NCBI GenBank assembly: GCA_021772465.1
Contig: JAJFLX010000017.1
Coordinates: 204,588-268,587, forward strand
Direction: 5' to 3'
Source of the DNA: Chlamydiota bacterium
GTDB lineage: Bacteria > Chlamydiota > Chlamydiia > Chlamydiales > JAAKFR01
DNA: 64,000 bases
Shown here: one piece after another, positions 1 to 9,023 of the stretch
Position numbering within the stretch: position 1 is the first letter of the stretch
Layout of the letters: the number at the start of each line of letters is the position of its first letter
The notes under the pieces: generated by a model
Database searches by the model: none
The model's input: only the letters and a program-made list of their open reading frames with translations
Told to the model about the DNA's origin: nothing
Translations under genes and position numbers: made by a program

Positions 1-228
1 GAAGCTTCTGAGGGTAACATGCAGGGGATCATAGAGTACTGCGATGAGCAGGTTGTGTCGTCGGATTTCATTAGTTCAACAGCTTCTTGCATTTTTGATT
101 CATTGGCAGGAATTGCTCTGAACAATCATTTTTTCAAATTAGTCGCTTGGTATGACAATGAGATGAGTTATGCTATTCGGATTGTGGATCTTATTCGTTA
201 CATATCAAGCCAAGAAAATAAGGAATAG
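1..228 (+). CDS. gapA: Glyceraldehyde-3-phosphate dehydrogenase, C-terminal part (truncated by window edge)
   Basis: VSSDF...FD..AGI...KLVAWYDNE motif; frame open from base 1. Confidence 0.96.
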   Translation, partial: EASEGNMQGIIEYCDEQVVSSDFISSTASCIFDSLAGIALNNHFFKLVAWYDNEMSYAIRIVDLIRYISSQENKE

Positions 229-230
229 TT

Positions 231-803
231 GTGAATTTTACACGTGAACCCATCATTGAAACGATCATTACTCCAAAGGAGGGGTACACCCTTGCTTTGA
301 GAAATTCAAAAGGAGCAGGTCAAGAGGAGTACTTTGTCGATGCTGTTGAAGTGATCACTTTTGCTAATTGCTGCTTTTTTAGGTCCTTGGAGAAGCCCAA
401 GTGTTTTTTAGTTCCGGTATCTGATTATGAGATCATTGAGGTGAGAGAGGCGCGGATGGTGCTTAAATCTGCCTCTTCTGAGCGGGGAGGAATTAAGATT
501 GCGGGTGGGCGGGAGACTTCCATCAAGGCTCCAGTTGAGGAAGAAGAGAAGGTTCCTGAGAAGAAGAAGGAGAAGCAGCGCCGCCCTCGTAAGCGACGCG
601 CTACCGCTACTGAGCCGAAAGAGGGTGAGGCGGAAATTCCTCGCCCATCGCTTATCCCTCCCCCTTCTACGTTAATTGCTGGGCAGAAGAAGGAGGAAGA
701 GGCGCCAAAAAAGTCCGATCAGGAGGGTTTATCACCCGAGCCCTCCGTGCCTTTATCGGAGGTCAATGAGCCAGCCTCACCCCTCTTACCAGAGGACACA
801 TAA
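231..803 (+). CDS. grgA: Chlamydial transcription factor GrgA (CT504 homolog)
   Basis: N-terminus MNFTREPIIETIIT.KEGY.L..RNSK...DYE..EVR resembles GrgA; Lys/Arg-rich middle region; directly follows gapA as in Chlamydia. Confidence 0.88.
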   Translation: MNFTREPIIETIITPKEGYTLALRNSKGAGQEEYFVDAVEVITFANCCFFRSLEKPKCFLVPVSDYEIIEVREARMVLKSASSERGGIKIAGGRETSIKAPVEEEEKVPEKKKEKQRRPRKRRATATEPKEGEAEIPRPSLIPPPSTLIAGQKKEEEAPKKSDQEGLSPEPSVPLSEVNEPASPLLPEDT

Positions 804-1272
804 ATACACTTTTGGGTATGCCCCTTCGGGTCATTTTACTCTTCTCAACAAGTGGGGAGAGCCCTTTTATGAGAGAGCTCTTCCCTTGTTTCAAAAGGTT
901 TTGAGCCACCTGCTTTGGCTGGTTCTCTTTTTGATACTGACGCGACTGCACCCTTGGTTCATGGCGTTTGTGTTTTTCTCTCTTTTTTTACTTGGGATGA
1001 GGCTTACGGCGTTGATGTTGTCGGGTGGTTTGCGACCGATTCTTTTTCCTCCGCTTTGGGTTCGCCTCTCGAATCAACTGCGAAGAGGTGCTGACGAGCG
1101 AATCCTTGCGAAGCACGGTTTGGAAAAACATCCTGGGTTACTTACCAACCTTATCTTATCTCAGTTGCACACCCCATCTAATGCGCTTGTTACAACGGAG
1201 AGGGCGTTGGAGTTGTATCCGGATCATGAGGTATTGCAATCTCTCTACAATTTCTTGACCAAAACGGAATGA
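766..1272 (+). CDS. Hypothetical membrane protein (about 2 TM)
   Basis: ATG at 766 within ORF 676..1272; two hydrophobic segments; fills the gap between grgA and the tRNA. Confidence 0.6.
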   Translation: MSQPHPSYQRTHKYTFGYAPSGHFTLLNKWGEPFYERALPLFQKVLSHLLWLVLFLILTRLHPWFMAFVFFSLFLLGMRLTALMLSGGLRPILFPPLWVRLSNQLRRGADERILAKHGLEKHPGLLTNLILSQLHTPSNALVTTERALELYPDHEVLQSLYNFLTKTE

Positions 1273-1284
1273 GCGACCTACACT
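1255..1284 (+). promoter_or_regulatory. Sigma66/70-type promoter for tRNA-Leu
   Basis: TTGACC-18 nt-TACACT, 10 nt upstream of the tRNA. Confidence 0.6.
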
Positions 1285-1294
1285 GTTCTCCCTA

Positions 1295-1377
1295 GCTCGG
1301 GTGGTGAAATGGTAGACACAAGGGACTTAAAATCCCTTGCTCTTTTGGGCGTGCGGGTTCGAGTCCCGCCCCGAGCA
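1295..1377 (+). tRNA. tRNA-Leu (anticodon TAA), CCA not encoded
   Basis: GCTCGGG/CCCGAGC acceptor stem, AGGGA-CTTAAAA-TCCCT anticodon arm, long variable arm, GGTTCGAGTCC T-arm. Confidence 0.97.
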
Positions 1378-1390
1378 AACTAAAACATAA

Positions 1391-1434
1391 TGACTTAGGT
1401 TTGCAATAGTAAAACCTATTTTGAACCTAGGTCA
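1391..1434 (+). terminator. Long hairpin just 3' of tRNA-Leu (terminator or island-edge structure)
   Basis: TGACTTAGGTTTGCAATAG-TAAAAC-CTATTTTGAACCTAGGTCA: 19-bp stem with G:U pairs and one mismatch, followed by ATTTT. Confidence 0.55.
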
Positions 1435-1443
1435 ATTTTGTCC

Positions 1444-1468
1444 AATCCCTGTCCACCTTTTCTGAAGG
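1444..1468 (+). repeat. Imperfect direct repeat, copy 1 (AATCCCTGTCCACCTTTTCTGAAGG)
   Basis: 22 of 25 positions match the copy at 3537..3560. Confidence 0.6.
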
Positions 1469-1506
1469 TTAGAGAGGCAACTAAACTAATTATTTTAGCA
1501 AATGAT

Positions 1507-2016
1507 ATGAAAAGTCACCCAATGAAACAGATAGCATTAAAGATGCATGCAATGAAGCTAGTCGGTATTTGTGTGCGCACGAGCTACAATCAAGAGCTAG
1601 ACAAAATGAATGGGAATATTTTTCCTTGCGTACAGAAATACTTTCACGAGGCACTTTTTAAAAACATCTCTAATAGGAAAAAGCCAGGTACGACTTTTTG
1701 TGCCTATACAGAATATGATAGTGATTACAAAGGTGCTTATACTTACTTTATCGGAGAAGAGGTCACCGATGTAGATGGTTCTGTGCCTGAAGGGTTTCAA
1801 ACTCTATTAATTCCCAGTCAATACTATGCTAAATTTACGACTGAACCTGCGCCAATGCCCGAGGTTATTGTGAATTCTTGGAGAAGTATTTGGGCAATGT
1901 CCCCTGAAGAGTTAGGGGGAAAGAGGAGCTATCAAACCGATTTTGAGATTTATGATGAAAGGGCTGCTGATCATCAAAATATCGTCATGGATCTATATGT
2001 AGGTATAAATTTCTAA
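1507..2016 (+). CDS. GyrI-like / AraC effector-binding domain protein
   Basis: KLVGI.VRTS, Y..Y.SD..G.YTYFIG, YAKFT, W..IW, R.Y..DFEIYD motifs; start uncertain (1507 or 1522). Confidence 0.88.
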   Translation: MKSHPMKQIALKMHAMKLVGICVRTSYNQELDKMNGNIFPCVQKYFHEALFKNISNRKKPGTTFCAYTEYDSDYKGAYTYFIGEEVTDVDGSVPEGFQTLLIPSQYYAKFTTEPAPMPEVIVNSWRSIWAMSPEELGGKRSYQTDFEIYDERAADHQNIVMDLYVGINF

Positions 2017-2070
2017 TATTTAGTAATATAGATCTTGTGTTGATCGTGATTGATTTTTACTTTCAGGTAA

Positions 2071-3537
2071 GTGATACCATTCAAAATGGTGAATGTAGAA
2101 AAAAATATTTCTTATGGACTTAGGCTAGCAATTATCTACTCCATCATTTGGTTTGTAGATCTTTTAGATGCCTCGCTTTTGAATATAGCGCTTCCTGAGG
2201 TCTCACAGTATTTTCATATAGACCCAACCAATGCAGAGTGGGCTTTAATCGGTTTTTTGCTTGCCATGATCATTGGAATGCTGATGAGCAATCCTGCAAG
2301 CACAAACTTCGGTTCCAGACGCATCTTTCTGATAGCTGCTTGGGCTTATGTTATAAGCTCTCTTGCCTGCGGTTTGTCTCAACACTTTTCTGAACTTGTG
2401 ATTTTTCGAGTTATTCAGGGTTTTGCTGGCGGTCTTATGATTCCGCTTGGCATGCAGCTTCTCATGAGTGCTATGCCACAAAGCAAATGGGTTAAAACAA
2501 GCTCGTGGATGAACGTTTTTACGCTTTTAGCTCCAGCATTAGGCCCTACACTTGCTGGCTATATCGTAACTTATCTTGATTGGCGCTGGCTCTTTTTCAT
2601 AAAACTTCCTCTTTCCATTTTCTGTGCCATTCTGGCTCATCTTTGGGTAAAATATGCAGCGCCTCAAAAAACCAAAAAATTTGATTGGTTTGGATTTCTG
2701 TTCGCATCAATAAGTCTATGTTTATTTCTTCTCGTGGTTTCTGAAATAGGTAAGCCACATTTTTCCAAGGGAATGCTCATCACTCTTTTTATTCTAGCGA
2801 TCCTTTTTGGAATGGCTTTTTTTTGGCAACAAAAACGGTTCGAAAATCCACTTGTCCCTCTAACAATCTTCCGTTCCAAGCTTTTTGCCTGGGGGAATGT
2901 CATCCAATCAGCTGCAAATATGATTTTTCTTGGGGCGACCTTCTTAATTGCTCTCTATCTTCAATGGGGGGTAGGTTTTGAAATTGTTGATGTAGGATGG
3001 ATGATGGCAGCAATCTCTGTCGGGATTATATCTGTGATGCCAATCACTGCAAAATTCTATAATAGAATCGGCCCTCTTCCTTATATGATTGTAGGACTTC
3101 TACTTATGGCAGGCTCCATGTTTTCCCTAATATTTATCACAAAACAAACTCCACCTATCGTCATCGCACTTATCATTTTTTGTGAAGGAGCAGGTTCTGC
3201 TGGTTTACAAACAACTAACTTTGCTTCCATTTTTAGTGAAGTGCCTCAAAAACTTCGCGGGACAGGAAGCTCCCTCTACACTCTTTTTAAACAAATTTCA
3301 GCATCTCTAGGAATAGCTCTTTCAACAATGGCTCTAACTGTTACCATGAAATTCAACGGTATTTCAACCTTAACAACAAGCTCGCCAAAAGAACTCTTCT
3401 ACTCACCCTTGATTCTCTTGGGAACGATCCCTCTTTTAGCTCTTTTATGTTGCTTTTTCATCGATAATAAGCGTGCGCTTCAATACACGAAGCCTCAGGA
3501 TCATCTTGAGACTGAGTTTGAAGAGGGAATAGAGTAA
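2071..3537 (+). CDS. MFS drug:H+ antiporter, DHA2 (EmrB/QacA-like)
   Basis: DLLDASLLNIALP, RVIQGFAGG, APALGPTLAG, WRWLFFI motifs; about 14 hydrophobic helices. Confidence 0.92.
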   Translation: MIPFKMVNVEKNISYGLRLAIIYSIIWFVDLLDASLLNIALPEVSQYFHIDPTNAEWALIGFLLAMIIGMLMSNPASTNFGSRRIFLIAAWAYVISSLACGLSQHFSELVIFRVIQGFAGGLMIPLGMQLLMSAMPQSKWVKTSSWMNVFTLLAPALGPTLAGYIVTYLDWRWLFFIKLPLSIFCAILAHLWVKYAAPQKTKKFDWFGFLFASISLCLFLLVVSEIGKPHFSKGMLITLFILAILFGMAFFWQQKRFENPLVPLTIFRSKLFAWGNVIQSAANMIFLGATFLIALYLQWGVGFEIVDVGWMMAAISVGIISVMPITAKFYNRIGPLPYMIVGLLLMAGSMFSLIFITKQTPPIVIALIIFCEGAGSAGLQTTNFASIFSEVPQKLRGTGSSLYTLFKQISASLGIALSTMALTVTMKFNGISTLTTSSPKELFYSPLILLGTIPLLALLCCFFIDNKRALQYTKPQDHLETEFEEGIE

Positions 3538-3560
3538 ATCCTTGTCCAACTTTTTGAAGG
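3537..3560 (+). repeat. Imperfect direct repeat, copy 2 (AATCCTTGTCCAACTTTTTGAAGG)
   Basis: Matches 1444..1468; begins at the MFS stop codon. Confidence 0.6.
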
Positions 3561-3649
3561 ATAAGCAGGAGAGAAATTGCTCAGCAATCATTTGCGTTTA
3601 TGCTATTCTGTTCCATTCCTATAAGAAAAATCTCAGATATGAGAAACGA

Positions 3650-4096
3650 ATGAAAAAAGATTTCGATATAAACACAGTTTTGAGAAAGCCCCTAATGGCA
3701 CATTTGTCAACCACCACAAATGGAGAGCCAAGAGATTCCCCTGTTTGGTTCATCTGGGAAGAAGAGTGTATATGGATTTTTGGGACAAGTAAGGACAGCT
3801 TTGTCAAACGGCTAAAACAAGAACCAAGATATGCTCTTGGGGTAGTGGACTTCGATTTGGATAAGGGAATCTTAAGGCATGTTGGAGTACGTGGCACTGC
3901 TCAAGTCGGAAAAGTCGATCATAACCGCCTGTATCGTTTTGTCTCTAAGTATTTAGGCAAAGATAAAGAGAAATGGAATGAGTGGTTTGTAAAAAATATT
4001 GTTGATCCACTCGACGTTATGGTGCAAATCACACCAAAATCCATCGTAGCGAAAGATGTGTCGTTCTTTAAAACAGGACCTGAATTAGCTCATTAA
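3650..4096 (+). CDS. Pyridoxamine 5'-phosphate oxidase-like split-barrel flavin-binding protein
   Basis: AHLST...G.P..SPVWF.W, L..EPR, V.VRG.A pattern; ATG at 3650. Confidence 0.8.
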   Translation: MKKDFDINTVLRKPLMAHLSTTTNGEPRDSPVWFIWEEECIWIFGTSKDSFVKRLKQEPRYALGVVDFDLDKGILRHVGVRGTAQVGKVDHNRLYRFVSKYLGKDKEKWNEWFVKNIVDPLDVMVQITPKSIVAKDVSFFKTGPELAH

Positions 4097-4104
4097 GGAT
4101 AAAA

Positions 4105-4863
4105 ATGAGATCATTAAATAATTCAGATATAGCTCTTGTGACAGGGGCTTCTAAAGGAATCGGGTATGCCTTGGTAGAGGAATTGATACTCAACGGATGG
4201 AAGGTGGTTGGTGTTGCTAGGTCCAAGGAAGCTTTAGATGAAATGTCCAAGAAATTTGGTGAGGACGTATTTATCTCTTGTAATTGCGATGTTTCGAATG
4301 GCGAATCGGTAAAGGGCATCTCAAAAAGGCTCCAAGAGAAAGGTATTATCCCAGCACTTTTCTTTTTGAATGCAGGTATTGCAGGCGAAGCTGCCTGTGA
4401 AGATGTGAATGTTGTTAGCACACAAAAACATAAAGAAATTTTCGACACGAATTACTTTGGAGTCCTGCATTGGATAGAGCAGTGGATATCTGTTTGTCAG
4501 AGGGATTTTGGGGCAAGATTTGTTGTCACGAGCTCGATCAATGCCATTTTTGCACCTCCCACAGGAAGTGCTTACGCTGCATCAAAAGCGGCAATAGCAA
4601 AGGCTTTTGAGGGATTTGCATTAACCTATCACAATACTAATCTTAAATTTTCTGTTGTTTATGCAGGTCCTGTTGCCACAGATGGTTTAAAAGGAAATCT
4701 TCCTTTCACTTGGAGTCCGAAAAAAATGGCCAAGTATATGTTAAAAAATACAAATAAAGGGAAATCTCGAATTCACAATTCCTTATTTTACAGTTCGTTA
4801 GCACGTATTTTAAGAATGCTCCCGAAAAAATATACGATGAAAATTTTGAGGAATCTCCGATGA
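4105..4863 (+). CDS. Short-chain dehydrogenase/reductase
   Basis: TGASKGIG, CDVS, NAG, SS and YAASK catalytic motifs. Confidence 0.93.
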   Translation: MRSLNNSDIALVTGASKGIGYALVEELILNGWKVVGVARSKEALDEMSKKFGEDVFISCNCDVSNGESVKGISKRLQEKGIIPALFFLNAGIAGEAACEDVNVVSTQKHKEIFDTNYFGVLHWIEQWISVCQRDFGARFVVTSSINAIFAPPTGSAYAASKAAIAKAFEGFALTYHNTNLKFSVVYAGPVATDGLKGNLPFTWSPKKMAKYMLKNTNKGKSRIHNSLFYSSLARILRMLPKKYTMKILRNLR

Positions 4864-4885
4864 AGATGAAGTCTCACTTCATCTT
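4863..4885. repeat. Perfect 10-bp inverted repeat after the SDR stop codon
   Basis: AAGATGAAGT-CTC-ACTTCATCTT. Confidence 0.55.
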
Positions 4886-4891
4886 TAGAAC

Positions 4892-5230
4892 TATACTGCC
4901 ACCAGTTTCTTTGGACACAGAATTGGGGTAAATTCTACCCTGATTTTCAAACCAAGGAGATAACATGGAAAAGGCAGTGAAACGATGGACGGCGTCAAAA
5001 AAGATGGGAATCGTTCTCCGTATTTTACGAGGAGAGTCGCTAGAGGATCTCAGTCGAGAGATCGGAGTCTCAGCTTCTCAGATTGAGGAATGGCACAGAA
5101 CAGCGATTGGGAGTATTGAAAGCTCTCTCAAAAGCCGACCAGAAGACCCGCTGTATGCAGAGCTTGACTTGGCCAAAAGACGCATCGGAGATCTTTCGAT
5201 GGAAAATGAGCTTTTGAGAGAGAGGAGCCG
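4892..5230 (+). mobile_element. Truncated IS3-family insertion sequence remnant (left end plus orfA only)
   Basis: IRL-like TATACTGCCACCAGTTTCTTTGGACAC; HTH transposase orfA follows; no orfB/DDE domain and no right end seen. Confidence 0.7.
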
Positions 5231-5273
5231 CCCTCCACCCATTTGTTTTTACATTTCATCTCTAATCAGTTAG
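4965..5273 (+). pseudogene. IS3-family transposase OrfA (HTH) with non-IS tail
   Basis: RWTASKKM.IVLRILRGES...SRE.GVS...W and KRRIGDLSMENELLRE; AAGGAG RBS upstream. Confidence 0.8.
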
Positions 5274-5276
5274 ACT
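5248..5276 (+). promoter_or_regulatory. Sigma70-type promoter for the 5296 gene
   Basis: TTTACA-17 nt-TAGACT. Confidence 0.55.
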
Positions 5277-5295
5277 GCGTGGCGTTAAAAAATAG

Positions 5296-5790
5296 ATGGA
5301 GTTGTCGATGAGCGCTCAAGAGATACGTGTAACAGATAGAGCAGCGAAATGGGAACTGGCAGAACGAATAGCCGGTCATGCAAACGCACCAAAGCAAGCC
5401 CTAGTGTCCACATTCACAGGTATCATGAGTGTCATGGAAGAGCAAGCTGGAACAACTTTTGCGACTTCTCTTAAGAAGAAAATTTGGAATCAAGTCTCAC
5501 CGAACCGATTGGAATCGATCAAAACACATTTATTGTCAGAGTTTTGTGATAAAATCCTTGGAAGCTTCACCGTCGATGAAGCTATAGCCATGCTTGAGGA
5601 ACACAAAAACACAGGGGCTATTAAACAAAGTGCATATAGCGCCAAAGTTAATGCTGAATATCAATTACATTTCTCGGAAATAATAGAATCTGTTAGCAAA
5701 AAAGCAAAGGCTATGTCAGTTAGCCTAGTACCTGAGGTGGTTGAATCTCTTGAAGGGGAGGGAATCGAGTTTCTCGGTATCAAAACCTGA
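5296..5790 (+). CDS. Hypothetical helical protein, likely paralog of the 9365 gene
   Basis: Clean ORF with promoter; shares ELAE...G and FC...L..FT motifs with 9365..9772. Confidence 0.7.
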   Translation: MELSMSAQEIRVTDRAAKWELAERIAGHANAPKQALVSTFTGIMSVMEEQAGTTFATSLKKKIWNQVSPNRLESIKTHLLSEFCDKILGSFTVDEAIAMLEEHKNTGAIKQSAYSAKVNAEYQLHFSEIIESVSKKAKAMSVSLVPEVVESLEGEGIEFLGIKT

Positions 5791-5813
5791 CCAAACTGAG
5801 TTAGAGTCACCCT

Positions 5814-6641
5814 TCACTCCCAAATTGAAAGGTTCTCCTTGATATAATCCTCCAGATATCGAGCAGGCTTGCCTAATATTTTTTCTACAGATAGTGAGAC
5901 CGGAGCGGTAATTTTCTCTCGAATGTCTCGGAATAAACTCAACCACTCGTCATTCCAATGGAGTTGCTCTCTTGCCTCTTTTTCACCTATTTCTCTATAG
6001 CCAACAGGATAAGATAGATGTTTAGAAAAAAGGTCAGCAACGGCTTGGTGGGTTAAACTTTCTGGTCCTGTGATGTCATATCCTACCGCTGACTCATCGA
6101 AATCTTTAGAAAGAAAATAGGAAGCCACCTCTGCAACATCACGAGCATCTACCAAGCTGATAGGTGCCCCTCCATCTGGGAATGTTAATTCTCGATGGCG
6201 GGTTATCATCTCTTTGAAACAAGAGCTAAAATTTTGATAAAACCAATTCGCTCGAAGGGCAACATACGGAATGTGAGACTCTTCTACAAAGGCTTCCAAT
6301 TTTGCTAAAAACTGGGTTTTAATTTTGTCAGCGCCCATGCCAGACATCACCACTATTTCTCTAATCCCAGATGTTTTGGCGGCACTTAGGAAAGTTTTAA
6401 TCACCTCATCACTGGAAGATGAATTACAACTCAAAAACAGTCTATCAACACCCTCAAGAGCCTCTTTGTAGGAATTGGGGTTATTGAAGTCGAAAGCAAC
6501 AATCCTAGATGAGTCGTGCTGAAGAAATGAGGCTGATGTGGGGTCGCGCGCGAGTAATTGGGTTGGTCTATTCTCACGTTGCAAGAGAAAAGCAAGCTCT
6601 CGTCCCACCTGGCCACTTGCACCAGTAATCGCTACTCTCAT
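5814..6641 (-). CDS. NmrA-like NAD(P)H-binding protein (atypical SDR)
   Basis: ITGASGQVG, LRANWFYQN, VDARDVA, ITGPESLT motifs. Confidence 0.9.
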   Translation of the reverse strand: MRVAITGASGQVGRELAFLLQRENRPTQLLARDPTSASFLQHDSSRIVAFDFNNPNSYKEALEGVDRLFLSCNSSSSDEVIKTFLSAAKTSGIREIVVMSGMGADKIKTQFLAKLEAFVEESHIPYVALRANWFYQNFSSCFKEMITRHRELTFPDGGAPISLVDARDVAEVASYFLSKDFDESAVGYDITGPESLTHQAVADLFSKHLSYPVGYREIGEKEAREQLHWNDEWLSLFRDIREKITAPVSLSVEKILGKPARYLEDYIKENLSIWE

Positions 6642-7213
6642 CTAGTGTCTTCCATTTTTTCCATCTCGCTTTGGTGTCGGTTTAGAGTATCTAAAAAAGT
6701 CTCTATATCTTTTTCAGACCTAAATACATAAAAACAGACATGAGGATATTTTCGGCGTAACTCGTCAATTTTTTGGCCATAACGTTTGTGGTATCGGAAA
6801 AGGTACCGAATAAGTTTAAAACTGATACTTTTATTGCACCCCCTCGCGAGGTCAGGGATAGTCCAGTTTTGATGAAAAACCCGTTTGATCAAGTGCCAAA
6901 GAGAGACAACAATAGGGTAGCGGAAGTAAATGGCGCAATCGGCCTGCTGAAACCGCATTTCCAATGATCGCATCGAATTGCCATCGATAATCCACTTCGA
7001 TTGATTCACAACGGAGCGTTGAATATCCAAAAACTCTTCGTGGTCTCTCTCAACCCAATTTTCAATATAAAAATGCTTATCCAAATAATGGATCGGCAAG
7101 TCTAAAAACTGGGCTAACTTTGTGGCAAATGTGGACTTTCCACTTCCTGGCAAGCCAAAGATCATAATTTTTTGGAACGGGCGGGGCAAATCTTTTGGAG
7201 TGAACGCACGCAT
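6638..7213 (-). CDS. Topology modulation protein FlaR / adenylate kinase-like P-loop protein
   Basis: KIMIFGLPGSGKST, LD, WIIDGN, R...AD motifs. Confidence 0.88.
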   Translation of the reverse strand: MRAFTPKDLPRPFQKIMIFGLPGSGKSTFATKLAQFLDLPIHYLDKHFYIENWVERDHEEFLDIQRSVVNQSKWIIDGNSMRSLEMRFQQADCAIYFRYPIVVSLWHLIKRVFHQNWTIPDLARGCNKSISFKLIRYLFRYHKRYGQKIDELRRKYPHVCFYVFRSEKDIETFLDTLNRHQSEMEKMEDTR

Positions 7214-7451
7214 CTCTTCTGCAGCTCGGTTATCTATTCAAGTGAGTTTAGAGTACCGAATAAGGGTACTTGATAAACAGTTTAACTCAGAATCTGAGCA
7301 CTAAAAATATTCGATACGGAAAAGTGGGCAGTTTGGTTTTTAGGTCCCATGCGGCTGCGTAAGAAAAACTTAGTGTGCTCAAATTCAGCTCGATTTAGAG
7401 AGTGCCAATTTTAAGCGTAAGTGCTTATGATGCTCCCCATCTAGCAAACAA

Positions 7452-8123
7452 ATGATGTATGTCATGAAACCAAAAACACTAGGTATTATAGGAGGAGCTG
7501 GCCCTATTGCCGGAGTCAAGCTTTTAGAAAGAATATTTTCGCTAGCAATCAGCGGCTATGGATGCTCTCAAGATAACGATTTTCCCCAAGTTTTTTTCAT
7601 CAGTTTTCCCTTCTCTCAAATGCTCACCCAAGAGATAGACGCCCCCCAAATACGCAGAGAACTTAACCACTGCCTGAATCAGTTGCGTCAAAATGGTTCC
7701 GAAGTGTTGGCTATCGCTTGTAATACGTTGCACGCCTTTTTAGAGGGTGAACCAGATGATCTTATTCATCTGCCCAAAATAACTAAAAAAGCCCTTCCAG
7801 AAGGTGTAATCCCACTCGTGCTTTGCACCTCAACCTCAGTTCGAAGCGAAGTGCATAGAGAGTTTTTCCCCTGCCGCTACCCAGAGCCCGAAATACAACT
7901 TGAAATCGATCTCATCATTGAGCGCATTCTCAAAGGAGAAGAGAAACAAGCAGTCGCTGAGCAACTAGCGCAAATTGCCCAGCCGCTAGGCGCTCAAACT
8001 GTGGTGTTAGGTTGTACTGAACTCTCTTTCATGCATGAACTCAATCTACCGGGCACCTACGTAATAGACCCTCTTGAATTACTTGCAAATCAAGCGCTTA
8101 AAATAAGCTTTTCAAAGGGGTAA
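7452..8123 (+). CDS. Aspartate/glutamate racemase family protein
   Basis: LGIIGGAGP; both catalytic Cys motifs ACNTLH and LGCTEL present. Confidence 0.9.
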   Translation: MMYVMKPKTLGIIGGAGPIAGVKLLERIFSLAISGYGCSQDNDFPQVFFISFPFSQMLTQEIDAPQIRRELNHCLNQLRQNGSEVLAIACNTLHAFLEGEPDDLIHLPKITKKALPEGVIPLVLCTSTSVRSEVHREFFPCRYPEPEIQLEIDLIIERILKGEEKQAVAEQLAQIAQPLGAQTVVLGCTELSFMHELNLPGTYVIDPLELLANQALKISFSKG

Positions 8124-9023
8124 GCGAGCTCTGACATGCACTCGTGCAAGCTTAAAAGAGCACACTCCATTCTCATCCATAATACTTGGATCAATATCTA
8201 CCATATGCGTGACAAGGCGATTAAAAAACTCAAGTGCTAAACTCTTTGGAATATCCCAGTTCGCTGTCACAGTACCAAGCATCCAGTGAATGAACTGATC
8301 TCTATTTACAAAAGCAAAAGGGGTGTGGACTTCATTAAAATAGGTGATTTCCCATCCAGCGGACTCAATATTTTCTCTTATCCCTTCAAGTGAGCGCATA
8401 GTAGCTTTTGATTCGTTTGTTTTATTTTTTTTCCAAGGCGGGACTAAATCGAACTCCTCAAAAGTGCGCGAAGCGGCCTCAAAAAATGGTTTGTTGCCCC
8501 CTTTGGGTATAACAAGAACCATCTGACCGGTGTCGGCAATCAAATGACTCAGCTTGCGCAGCACCCTCTCTGGGTTTGGAACGAGATGAAAGACAAAAAA
8601 TGAATAAATTTTATCAAATTTTTGATGAGGTTTAAGCTCAGTAGATAACAAATCCACATTTGTTGAGCAGAGAAAGGAAAGAGAGGGGTAGTATTTTTTA
8701 GGGAAGCTGCGTCCTGCAAAAGAGATCATCTGCCTAGAAAGGTCGACACCAACAATTTCTCCCCTAGGCAAGGAGTGGGAAATCTGAGCGGTAATTTTAC
8801 CATCTCCACATCCGAAATCCAGAATTTTCTCATCACCCTGAAATGACTCAAGTCCTATCAACTCCCACGCCCACTGACGTTGCACTTCTGAATGATGAAA
8901 GTACTCTAAAACTAAATCGTCATCGCCCCAACCCTTGCTCGGATCATTCAACTCCCATTGAGGAGCATCAGCATAAACCCAACAACAAGTAAGCAGGCAA
9001 GATAGAAGGAGACGGCGGAACAT
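8112..9023 (-). CDS. Class I SAM-dependent methyltransferase (Tam-like) with N-terminal signal peptide
   Basis: ILDFGCGDG, VGVDLS motifs; MFRRLLLSCLLTCCWVYA-D leader. Confidence 0.88.
   Translation of the reverse strand: MFRRLLLSCLLTCCWVYADAPQWELNDPSKGWGDDDLVLEYFHHSEVQRQWAWELIGLESFQGDEKILDFGCGDGKITAQISHSLPRGEIVGVDLSRQMISFAGRSFPKKYYPSLSFLCSTNVDLLSTELKPHQKFDKIYSFFVFHLVPNPERVLRKLSHLIADTGQMVLVIPKGGNKPFFEAASRTFEEFDLVPPWKKNKTNESKATMRSLEGIRENIESAGWEITYFNEVHTPFAFVNRDQFIHWMLGTVTANWDIPKSLALEFFNRLVTHMVDIDPSIMDENGVCSFKLARVHVRARLPL

Noticed and set aside
676-765. Arg-rich N-terminal extension of ORF 676..1272
   Set aside because: Out-of-frame read of the grgA 3' end; ATG at 766 is more plausible
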